This document shows positions 18,020-26,477 of a stretch of 64,000 nucleotides of DNA, piece by piece (the stretch's first letter is position 1; every line of letters begins with the position of its first letter). Both the position numbers and the translations under genes were made by a program. The stretch is from an uncultured Bacteroidia bacterium. Lineage in GTDB: Bacteria > Bacteroidota > Bacteroidia > J057. Where the stretch lies: NCBI GenBank assembly GCA_964652565.1, contig CAZZEC010000010.1, forward strand, positions 194 to 64,193. Direction: 5' to 3'. Under the pieces are notes generated by a model, which was not told the origin of the DNA, ran no database searches, and saw nothing but the letters and a program-made list of their open reading frames with translations.

Positions 18020-18619
18020 TTATTCATTCATATTACCCCTATATTTCAAAGCGTAAACGGACTTATAGGAATCAGGATTAATAAAGAAAGCATCTAATTG
18101 TTTTCTTGTTATTTCGTCAATTAAGGGAAGTAACGGTTGATCTACGTCAAATAATTTCACTAATGCATATTTAATCTTTTCATCCCATTCCTGATAATAA
18201 TGATCCACATCTTCTGGAGCTACAACCTTTCTGCAATCGCTATTACCACAACTTAAAGGAAAAGGGCGACTGATATTGAAAAGACCATATTCATCTGTAA
18301 TATGCTCACCAGGGAAAATATCTCTTATTGCCATTTCAAAACCATAACCAGTACTTATGGTATTACACTTGCAACAGTGGTTAACATATTTAGCAAAATC
18401 CCAACTGATAATTCTCACTCCTTGCTCATCTATATAGGAATATTTTTCAATATAGGTTTGCATTTCAGAAGAGAATAATAAAAAATCAGTAGGGGCAATC
18501 TGAATCTCCAAGCTATCTTTTACATATGTGATGGTACCGATGGGAATCAACTTCTTTGCAAATACGCCGTATCCAATCTCTTCGTTGACAAACCTTAATT
18601 CTGTATCAGGATGTATCAT
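18020..18619 (-). CDS. SET-domain protein (putative protein-lysine methyltransferase)
   Basis: GYGVFAKKLIPIGTIT near the N-terminus, YVNHCCKCNT (the NHSCxPN-type motif) and GEHITDEYG (the ELTxDY-type motif). The track ORF begins at a TTG (18637). I prefer the ATG at 18619. Confidence 0.65.
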   Translation of the reverse strand: MIHPDTELRFVNEEIGYGVFAKKLIPIGTITYVKDSLEIQIAPTDFLLFSSEMQTYIEKYSYIDEQGVRIISWDFAKYVNHCCKCNTISTGYGFEMAIRDIFPGEHITDEYGLFNISRPFPLSCGNSDCRKVVAPEDVDHYYQEWDEKIKYALVKLFDVDQPLLPLIDEITRKQLDAFFINPDSYKSVYALKYRGNMNE

Positions 18620-18688
18620 GCACAAAAAATTTCGCAATTATCTTGATAAAAGATGATAAATCCTAATAATTAATTTGTTACCAAATTA

Positions 18689-20395
18689 TCAATAACCGGC
18701 GGCCTGTCCATCTTTCCTGGATTCTGAGGCTCCATAGTACACCCCTTCTACAGGATCATACATAATCGCCTGATATCCTCCATATGCTCCAGGATTAAAC
18801 CTGATCTTATGTCCCATCCGATCAAGCTGTCTCATGACTTCATAATCAATGCCCCTTTCCAACATGACTTCTCCTCCATCATCCATTACATTTCCCGTAG
18901 GTGATGAACTACCCGTATGTCTGACCCGTGGAGCATCTCCGGCCTCCTGGATATTCATCCCGAAATCAATAATATTTGCGATGATTTGTGCATGTCCCTG
19001 CGGTTGCATATCACCTCCCATCACACCAAAACTCATGAAAGGTCGTCCATCTTTCGTGACAAATGCGGGAATGATTGTATGAAATGGACGCTTTCCAGGC
19101 TCGTACTCATTGAAATGACCTTCTTCTAGTGTGAATAGTGCTCCGCGATTTTGAAACATAAATCCTAATTCTCCAGGTATGATGCCTGAACCCATTCCGC
19201 TAAAATTACTCTGTATGAAAGATACCATATTGCCTGCCGAATCAGCGACTGTCAAATATATGGTATCCCCCTCTTTTAGTCTTCCAGCATCCAATCTTCT
19301 GGATGCACGATTGGGATTCAATAGTTTATTTCGCTCTTCTGCGTAAGATTTGGAGATTAATTCATCTACAGGTAACTCATTGAAAGCAGGGTCTGCATAG
19401 TACTTTGCCCGATCTTCATAAGCCAGTTTTTTTGCTTCAACTAGGGTATGTATATATTCCGCACTACCAAATCCCATACTAGATATATCATAGAGTTCCA
19501 TAATATTAAGCATTTGTAAAGCTGCAATTCCTTGTCCATTTGGTGGGAGTTCCCAAACATCATATCCTCTGTAATTGGTAGAGACAGGGTCCACCCATTC
19601 AGAAGTATGGGAAGCAAGATCTTCATAAGTGATAAACCCACCAATCTCTCTCATATGTTCAGCAATTGTCTGTGCTATCTCTCCTTTGTAATATACATCT
19701 CTTCCCCCTTCAGCTATCATGCTCAGTGTACGTGCCAATCGGGGATTTTTAAACATTTCTCCTTTTTTAGGAGCCTCTCCACCAGGCATATAGGTGTCTT
19801 TGAAATGGGGGTAATCGTTCATGTAGCTGGCTGCGCCTTGCATGTAGTAAGCTATGAGTTCACTTACAGGAAAACCTTTGTTAGCATACGATATCGCAGG
19901 GGATAGAATCTCTTCGATAGAAAGTTTACCAAATTTTCCATGTAACTCGAACCAACCATCAACACAACCGGGAACAGAAATCGACAAATGACCTCGGGAT
20001 GGAATGCGGGTCATATCATTTTCTGTGAAATATGTCTTTGACAATGATCTGGGTGATCTACCACTTGCATTTAATCCATATAGTCTTTGTGTACTCGCAT
20101 CCCAAACGATGGCAAAGAGATCTCCACCAATACCACAGCCAGTAGGTTCCATCAATCCCAGGGTTGCATTTGCAGCAATTGCAGCATCAATGGCTGTCCC
20201 TCCTTTCTTGAGAATGTCAAGTGCCACTTGAGTGGCAAGGGGCTGACTGGTTGCTGCCATTCCATTTGGAGCAATAACTTCAGATCGGGTTGCAAAAGAT
20301 TTCCCGGTAATACGATCTTGTCCCATCATATTGGCATTAAGGATAATGAAAACAACCATCGAGATGGTTCTGAAAAGGTTAGTTGAAAAGCGCAT
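18689..20395 (-). CDS. ggt: gamma-glutamyltransferase
   Basis: 568 aa with a signal peptide. Has the family blocks GGTAIDAAIAANATLGLMEPTGCGIGGD, the autoprocessing-site region GDTIYLTVAD and FGVMGGDMQPQGH. Confidence 0.9.
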   Translation of the reverse strand: MRFSTNLFRTISMVVFIILNANMMGQDRITGKSFATRSEVIAPNGMAATSQPLATQVALDILKKGGTAIDAAIAANATLGLMEPTGCGIGGDLFAIVWDASTQRLYGLNASGRSPRSLSKTYFTENDMTRIPSRGHLSISVPGCVDGWFELHGKFGKLSIEEILSPAISYANKGFPVSELIAYYMQGAASYMNDYPHFKDTYMPGGEAPKKGEMFKNPRLARTLSMIAEGGRDVYYKGEIAQTIAEHMREIGGFITYEDLASHTSEWVDPVSTNYRGYDVWELPPNGQGIAALQMLNIMELYDISSMGFGSAEYIHTLVEAKKLAYEDRAKYYADPAFNELPVDELISKSYAEERNKLLNPNRASRRLDAGRLKEGDTIYLTVADSAGNMVSFIQSNFSGMGSGIIPGELGFMFQNRGALFTLEEGHFNEYEPGKRPFHTIIPAFVTKDGRPFMSFGVMGGDMQPQGHAQIIANIIDFGMNIQEAGDAPRVRHTGSSSPTGNVMDDGGEVMLERGIDYEVMRQLDRMGHKIRFNPGAYGGYQAIMYDPVEGVYYGASESRKDGQAAGY

Positions 20396-20471
20396 AGGTT
20401 TATGATTTTATCTATAATTTGTCCCACATATCTTTGTTATTTAGGTATGCAAAAGATACTGTTTTACTGAT

Positions 20472-21854
20472 ATGAATAATAGGAAAAGGTACATATTTTG
20501 GGTGATCCTGGTTATCGTCCATCTTGGGAGCTTTGTTTATCAGTATTCTCAGAAAAATTGGTACCTTAAGGATTCTCATGAGTATGTATTTGCTGCCAGG
20601 AATGTCATTACATCTTCTATTTTATATTCTGGAGATTTACAAGCTCCTGAAAGAATAGACTTCTATACTAAACGCCCCCCTGTATATCCATTGCTATTGG
20701 CACTGGGCTTTATCATCACCGATGACATTCTCTCTACCATTCTTCTCCAACATATTCTTAGCCTGATCAATATATCTCTCACGCTGAAGATCTTATTTTT
20801 TTTAATACCCAAAATTCAAAGCAGTGATAAGTCTTCACTAACTAGTAATATTTATATCTCTCTGACAGACAACAGAATCACACTTATATTGTTGTTGCTT
20901 CTTTTATTGTATCCCGCCCAATTCATTTATGCCAACCTGGTAATGACAGAAGTACTTTTTCAGACACTCATTACAGGAGCGGTGTATTGCTTGCTGCTTG
21001 CCTGGGAGAAGAACCACGTAAAGTATCTCACTTTCTACACTGTATTGATCATGGTTTCCATGCTCACAAAACCTGTCATGTATTTATTTGCCATCCCCCA
21101 TATAGCAGTGATCACCTGGTATTTTTTAACCTGGAGAAAAAAGCAAATTCTGATCCTTGCTTTTCTCCCTTTACTATTAGTATACAGTTATCAATCCTGG
21201 AATGAAAGCAGGACGGGATATTTCCACTTTTCCAGCATACAAAACCTGAGTTTATTTCAGTATACGACCTATAATCTACTCGCTCAAAAGATGGGGGAGA
21301 ACGATGCTACTGTATATGCAGATAGTGTCCTATATGAATCTCTTGAACAACCTACGTACAGAGAAGAGCAAGAACTCATAAGTGCGTTTTGTTATCAAAC
21401 CCTCAAGAAGCATATTGTTAGTTATGCAGGCATGCATTTTAAAGGGGTACTCAATTTTTTTATAGATCCTGGAAGATTTGATATATACCATTTTGCAGGT
21501 TGGAATGCAGAAGAATCTGGACTGTTAAAATCATTTAGTACTGAGGGATATTCTGGTATCTGGAACACATTGACCAAACAGCCTATAGGTATCCTTTTAT
21601 TGCTATCGATGCTAGTGGGGATCAATGTACTCAAGCTGATTGCTTGTATTGTGTTTACATTTGATACTGCCTGGAATATCCGTTATAGGATTCCTCTACT
21701 TATATTTATCATATACATATCGGGATTAACGGGTACATCTGGTGCCTCGAGATTTGCTGTTCCTGTGGGTTTGATAATTATAGCTATCACTACCCTGGAA
21801 TTTCTGAAACTGCATGAATTAATTAATATCCGATGGAGGGGAAATAATATCTGA
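20472..21854 (+). CDS. polytopic membrane protein, ArnT/PMT (GT39/GT83)-like glycosyltransferase
   Basis: 460 aa with more than 10 TM segments. Has an N-terminal loop with YTKRPPVYPLLLALGF, as in lipid-carrier-dependent glycosyltransferases. The family assignment is tentative. Confidence 0.45.
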   Translation: MNNRKRYIFWVILVIVHLGSFVYQYSQKNWYLKDSHEYVFAARNVITSSILYSGDLQAPERIDFYTKRPPVYPLLLALGFIITDDILSTILLQHILSLINISLTLKILFFLIPKIQSSDKSSLTSNIYISLTDNRITLILLLLLLLYPAQFIYANLVMTEVLFQTLITGAVYCLLLAWEKNHVKYLTFYTVLIMVSMLTKPVMYLFAIPHIAVITWYFLTWRKKQILILAFLPLLLVYSYQSWNESRTGYFHFSSIQNLSLFQYTTYNLLAQKMGENDATVYADSVLYESLEQPTYREEQELISAFCYQTLKKHIVSYAGMHFKGVLNFFIDPGRFDIYHFAGWNAEESGLLKSFSTEGYSGIWNTLTKQPIGILLLLSMLVGINVLKLIACIVFTFDTAWNIRYRIPLLIFIIYISGLTGTSGASRFAVPVGLIIIAITTLEFLKLHELINIRWRGNNI

Positions 21855-21866
21855 ACATCCCTATTA

Positions 21867-22157
21867 TTATTGATCTATTTCCTCAAATTCAATATCCTCT
21901 GCAATCTCGTCAGGATGCACTTTCTTCTTTTCAGTTTGTTTGGGACTTTTTACTTTCACATCTTCATTGATGTGAATATTTTCATGGTAAGGATCCTGAT
22001 CATAATTTTGTTGGTACGCACGCGCTTGATTTTCTACATCTTTAGCTACTCGTTTCAAAACCGCTTTTAGGATAAAACGAACAATATGTTTTCCATAAAA
22101 CCGAAAAACGATCCAGATTGTAATAAAAAAGAGGAGTATCCAAGTAAATACACTCAT
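21867..22157 (-). CDS. DUF4834-like small membrane-anchored protein
   Basis: 96 aa. N-terminal TM, low-complexity polar middle, acidic C-terminus ...EDIEFEEIDQ, as in Bacteroidota DUF4834 proteins. Confidence 0.5.
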   Translation of the reverse strand: MSVFTWILLFFITIWIVFRFYGKHIVRFILKAVLKRVAKDVENQARAYQQNYDQDPYHENIHINEDVKVKSPKQTEKKKVHPDEIAEDIEFEEIDQ

Positions 22158-22190
22158 AACCCAATTTCTTTATTCCTCACATTATCAGCA

Positions 22191-23333
22191 CTAACAGCTT
22201 ATCGAGGGTTGTTTTTCTAATACTTGTTGATACAAGGCTTCATATGAAGGAACGATATGATCTATGGCAAACTTTTGAGCGTGTTCACAGGCATTATCTG
22301 AATATGTTTGCCATCTTTTCTGATCTGACAGCAAATATAACGCATCTTTTGCCATTTTCTCAATATCACCTATTGCACTCGTAAACCCTGTATATTCATC
22401 TATCACTAATTCAGGTATTCCACCAGCATGGGTTGCAATGACCGGTACGCCACAAGCCATAGCTTCCAGTGCTGCTAAACCAAAGCTTTCAGATTCAGAA
22501 GGCAAGAGAAATAAATCTCCAATAGAATAGATCTCTTCTACTGCATCCTGACTCCCAAGGAATACGATATCATCATGTATATCCAATTTTCTGCCTAATT
22601 CTTCCGTCGATCGTCTCTCAGGTCCATCACCCACCATAAGAAGTTTGGCTGGCATTTGCTCTCTGATCTTCTGAAATGTCAAGACTACATCTCCAATTCT
22701 TTTTACCTTTCGAAAATTGGAAGTATGAACTATGAGCTTTTCACCATCTCGAGCGATCATCTGGCGAAAGTGCTCTTTATTCTGACGTTGGAAACGCTTG
22801 GTATCCACAAAATTGTGAATAACACTAATCTCATTTTTAACCTCAAAATTATCATAAGTAGCTTGCTTGAGGAAATGAGAAACTGTGGTCACAGCATCGC
22901 TATGTTCGATTGAAAACTTGACCACAGGTTCATAACTTTTATTTCTCCCCACTAAGGTTATATCTGTCCCATGTAGGGTAGTAATAAAAGGTATATACCG
23001 TTCACAGTCTAACAGAATTTGTCGTGCCAAATACGCTACAGATGCATGGGGCACCGCATAATGGACATGAAACAAATCCAGGTTGTGATATAACGCAACA
23101 TCTACCATAGTACTGGCAAGGGCAGACTCGTATGGAACAAAATCAAACAAGGGATAATCTTTGGTCCTCACTTCATGATACAGAAGATTTTCGGAAAAAA
23201 GATCCAACCTTATAGGTCGGTTATATGTGATGAAGTGTATTTTATGACCAAGTTTGGCTAGAGATTTACCCAACTCAGTAGCCACTACACCACTTCCCCC
23301 ATACGTAGGATAGCAAACAATGCCTATATTCAT
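22191..23333 (-). CDS. bshA: N-acetyl-alpha-D-glucosaminyl L-malate synthase (bacillithiol biosynthesis GT4 glycosyltransferase)
   Basis: 380 aa. N-terminal MNIGIVCYPTYGGSGVVATELGKSLAKLGHKIHFITY is very BshA-like. Also has the GT4 EX7E region SESESFGLAALEAMACGVPV. Confidence 0.8.
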   Translation of the reverse strand: MNIGIVCYPTYGGSGVVATELGKSLAKLGHKIHFITYNRPIRLDLFSENLLYHEVRTKDYPLFDFVPYESALASTMVDVALYHNLDLFHVHYAVPHASVAYLARQILLDCERYIPFITTLHGTDITLVGRNKSYEPVVKFSIEHSDAVTTVSHFLKQATYDNFEVKNEISVIHNFVDTKRFQRQNKEHFRQMIARDGEKLIVHTSNFRKVKRIGDVVLTFQKIREQMPAKLLMVGDGPERRSTEELGRKLDIHDDIVFLGSQDAVEEIYSIGDLFLLPSESESFGLAALEAMACGVPVIATHAGGIPELVIDEYTGFTSAIGDIEKMAKDALYLLSDQKRWQTYSDNACEHAQKFAIDHIVPSYEALYQQVLEKQPSISC

Positions 23334-23464
23334 GATAGATAATCGTACTTATTTGTTTAACGGCAGCCTGGGTGAAATAGTTATTTAATTCATTCATTAA
23401 AATATTCCATAAATCTCTAAGTAATGGAATACTTATATTGTCACCTGGGTGACGTAGGTACAAT

Positions 23465-25444
23465 TTATCCAAAAATGAGATATGCGAGTATAAGAACTAC
23501 ACCTAGCGATACAACGAGTGCATAGTTTTGTACCAAGCCAGACTGTAGCCTACGGAATACACTACCTATTGCATTAACGGTCTGAGCTACGCCATTGACA
23601 AATCCATCTATAATGTTTTGGTCAAACCAAAGAACTACATATTCTCCCATCCAAACGAACGGTCTAATAATCACGCGATTGTAAAATTCGTCAACATAGA
23701 ATTTATTCTCCATCGCCTCATACATTTCACCAAAGAAGGATTTGACCTTGGCATCACCTGCCAAATCATGTCTGCGGTAAAAAGAATAGGCAAAATATAC
23801 CATACCAACAGCGATCAAAATAGAAAAAGGTAGCAAGAAGTATTCCCAACTGTGGTGTTCGTGCATCGCATGTAACATAGCCGTGCTGTTCTGGATTAAG
23901 CCTTCCACTCCTTCTCCACCTTCAGTTGCTAACCAAACGTCATTCAGTACATGTGGCAAGTGTATAGTATGTCCGATAAGCGGAGTTATCCCCGCAAATC
24001 CTCCTACGATTGCAAGAATACCCAATACCCAAAGTGGGATAGTCATGGTCGCAGGACTTTCATGTGGATGCTTTTCACTCGGGAAACGCTCTTTCCCATT
24101 AAAAGTCAAATAGGTCACCCTTGTCATGTAAAAAGCTGTCAGACCTGCAGTAAGTACAGCTACGACCCATACCACAAAGTAAATGGCATTTTCAAACCCC
24201 GCAAAAAATACACTGGTCAGGATTTCATCTTTAGAAAAGAACCCTGAAAATAAAGGAATACCTGAAATGGCCAATGTAGATATCCAGAAAGTTGTACCTG
24301 TAGAAGGCATGTATTTTCGAAGACCTCCCATGGTTCGAATATCTTGCGGGTCTTTGACTGTATGCATATGTTCCATCGCGTGGATAACTGAGCCAGATCC
24401 AAGGAATAAGCATGCTTTGAAAAAGGCATGCGTCATCACGTGGAATATTGCAGTGGTGAATGCCCCTGCACCTAAGGCCATAAACATATATCCCAATTGG
24501 GAAACAGTAGAATAAGCCAATACTTTTTTGATATCATTTTGAGCTATCGCAATCAACGCTGCTACCACTGCTGTCAGGCCAGCGACGATAACTACTACTA
24601 CCATAATTTCTGGAGAAGCCAAATAAATAGGATGTAGTCGAGCTATGAGATAGATACCAGAAGTTACCATCGTAGCGGCATGTATAAGTGCAGATACAGG
24701 GGTTGGGCCCGCCATAGCATCAGGTAACCACACGTATAAAGGAATTTGAGCGGATTTACCTGTAGATGCAATAAAAATTAATAATGCTATCCAAAGAGCG
24801 TGATCATTTAAGGCTGCTAAACCTCCGGGTGATAAAATAGCGTCAAACTGCAGGCTACCTATATTGCTAAATATGATCATCATGGCAACGATCATGGCAA
24901 AATCGCCAATTCTATTTGCGACAAAAGCCTTCTGTGCAGCCTTAGCCTTCTCCATATCTTCATACCAGAACCCAATAAGTAAATAAGAACAAACGCCTAC
25001 CCCTTCCCAACCTAAAAATAGTACCGCCAGATTGTCTCCTAAAATGAGGTTGTTCATGGCAAATATGAACAGGTTCAGATACGCAAAGAATTTATAGTAT
25101 CCTTTGTCGCCGTGCATATATCCGGTAGAGTATAAGTGAATCAATGCTCCAACTCCATTGACAACCATGCCCATAAGTATGGATAACTCATCCAGTTTAT
25201 AGGAAAACCCGATATCCAGTTGACCCGCTCGCATCCATGATATGATCGAAAAAGCAACCCCTCCTTCTTCAAGGTTTAGATACGCGAAAAGAATAATGAA
25301 AAAAGGAATTGCCACGGCGAGTGAAGCTATAGCTCCTATGAGCGGTTCACGCTTACGAAAACCGGGACTTATAAAGCCAGCAATACCTATTAAGGCTGAT
25401 CCAAATAAAGGAAGAAGAATAATCAGAGGTAACAGTGATTCCAT
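23465..25444 (-). CDS. nuoL: NADH-quinone oxidoreductase subunit L
   Basis: 659 aa antiporter-like subunit with a long C-terminal lateral-helix extension. Motifs include LFLGWEGVGVCSYLLIGFW and SALIHAATMVTSGIYL. Confidence 0.92.
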   Translation of the reverse strand: MESLLPLIILLPLFGSALIGIAGFISPGFRKREPLIGAIASLAVAIPFFIILFAYLNLEEGGVAFSIISWMRAGQLDIGFSYKLDELSILMGMVVNGVGALIHLYSTGYMHGDKGYYKFFAYLNLFIFAMNNLILGDNLAVLFLGWEGVGVCSYLLIGFWYEDMEKAKAAQKAFVANRIGDFAMIVAMMIIFSNIGSLQFDAILSPGGLAALNDHALWIALLIFIASTGKSAQIPLYVWLPDAMAGPTPVSALIHAATMVTSGIYLIARLHPIYLASPEIMVVVVIVAGLTAVVAALIAIAQNDIKKVLAYSTVSQLGYMFMALGAGAFTTAIFHVMTHAFFKACLFLGSGSVIHAMEHMHTVKDPQDIRTMGGLRKYMPSTGTTFWISTLAISGIPLFSGFFSKDEILTSVFFAGFENAIYFVVWVVAVLTAGLTAFYMTRVTYLTFNGKERFPSEKHPHESPATMTIPLWVLGILAIVGGFAGITPLIGHTIHLPHVLNDVWLATEGGEGVEGLIQNSTAMLHAMHEHHSWEYFLLPFSILIAVGMVYFAYSFYRRHDLAGDAKVKSFFGEMYEAMENKFYVDEFYNRVIIRPFVWMGEYVVLWFDQNIIDGFVNGVAQTVNAIGSVFRRLQSGLVQNYALVVSLGVVLILAYLIFG

Positions 25445-25447
25445 GTA

Positions 25448-25780
25448 CTACCACTTAAATATATTGACTTGGTTGATATCGATATTGAGTTTATTTCTAA
25501 ATAAGGCTATGATAATGGCCAGCCCTACGACAGCCTCCGCTGCAGCCACACACATGACAAAAAACACCAGCATAGACCCCACATTATTTCCATGCATTTT
25601 AGAAAAAGTTACCAGAGATAAATTTACTGCATTTAGCATGAGCTCGATGCACATAAAAACAACGATTCCATTCCTACGAGTTAAAACACCAATCGTACCA
25701 ATGGCGAACATCACTACACACACAGCCAAATAAGTAAAAGCATTGGGGGTTAAAAGCTCCATGAAGGTTTTTATTATCAA
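25448..25780 (-). CDS. nuoK: NADH-quinone oxidoreductase subunit K
   Basis: 110 aa with 3 TM segments. Contains [13 protein letters not shown] and [12 protein letters not shown]. Confidence 0.9.
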   Translation of the reverse strand: MIIKTFMELLTPNAFTYLAVCVVMFAIGTIGVLTRRNGIVVFMCIELMLNAVNLSLVTFSKMHGNNVGSMLVFFVMCVAAAEAVVGLAIIIALFRNKLNIDINQVNIFKW

Positions 25781-25786
25781 ATGTAA

Positions 25787-26299
25787 TTATTCTTGAGAAT
25801 ATGTATGCTTTCTAGCAACTACAATAGCACCTATTAGTGCCGCCAATAAAATGACAGAAATAATCTCAAATGGAAATAAGAAATCTGTCATTAACGATCT
25901 CCCAACAGGTTCCACCTGTCCATACGTAAACGTTCCTGAAACATCTCCCTCTGTGAAACCCTGAAAAGCAACTAGCATTTCAGCAATAAATGCTATACCT
26001 AAAATAAATGCTATCCCTCTTCTAATATCAAAGCTACCCACCCCTTTCTCGTCATCTAAATTTAGAAGCATGATGACAAATAGAAATAGTACCATGATAG
26101 CTCCTGCATATACAAGAATTTGAATCGCCGCTAAAAATTCGGCAGATAGTGAAAGATACAGCCCCGCAATACTAAAAAAATTCAGAATGAGAGATAATGC
26201 AGCATATACTGCATTCCGATTTAATATTAACCCTATACCTCCGGCTATTCCCAAAATGGAGAACACCCAAAATAGTGCGGTTTGTATAGTTACTTCCAA
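25787..26299 (-). CDS. nuoJ: NADH-quinone oxidoreductase subunit J
   Basis: 170 aa. Contains LAAIQILVYAGAIMVLFLFVIMLL, and it lies directly upstream of nuoK-nuoL. Confidence 0.88.
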   Translation of the reverse strand: MEVTIQTALFWVFSILGIAGGIGLILNRNAVYAALSLILNFFSIAGLYLSLSAEFLAAIQILVYAGAIMVLFLFVIMLLNLDDEKGVGSFDIRRGIAFILGIAFIAEMLVAFQGFTEGDVSGTFTYGQVEPVGRSLMTDFLFPFEIISVILLAALIGAIVVARKHTYSQE

Positions 26300-26420
26300 G
26301 ATTATTGAGAATTATTTCGTTTGACAAATCTTGCGTGTAAATATGTGTCTTTATCCCAAATTATGCAAAACTCACTCATATTATTACAAATTTGTTCTCG
26401 AATTAGTACTGATCAATATC

Positions 26421-26457
26421 AATAAAAGTGATAGCTGTAATCGCGTACAGCTATCAC
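26421..26457 (-). terminator. Rho-independent terminator downstream of phoD
   Basis: Perfect 12-bp stem GTGATAGCTGTA / TACAGCTATCAC with a 6-nt loop. On the minus strand it is followed by TTTTATT. It starts about 20 nt after the phoD stop. Confidence 0.65.
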
Positions 26458-26477
26458 CTTTCATATATATCTTTTAT

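Noticed and set aside
23275-23472. 65-aa ORF bridging the bshA start and the nuoL end
   Set aside because: It overlaps both flanking genes and the spacer, with no motif support. It is most likely spurious.
23618-25733. Multiple ORFs overlapping nuoL/nuoK (for example 24183-24515, 25242-25733)
   Set aside because: They are antisense or alternate-frame shadows within highly conserved nuo genes.
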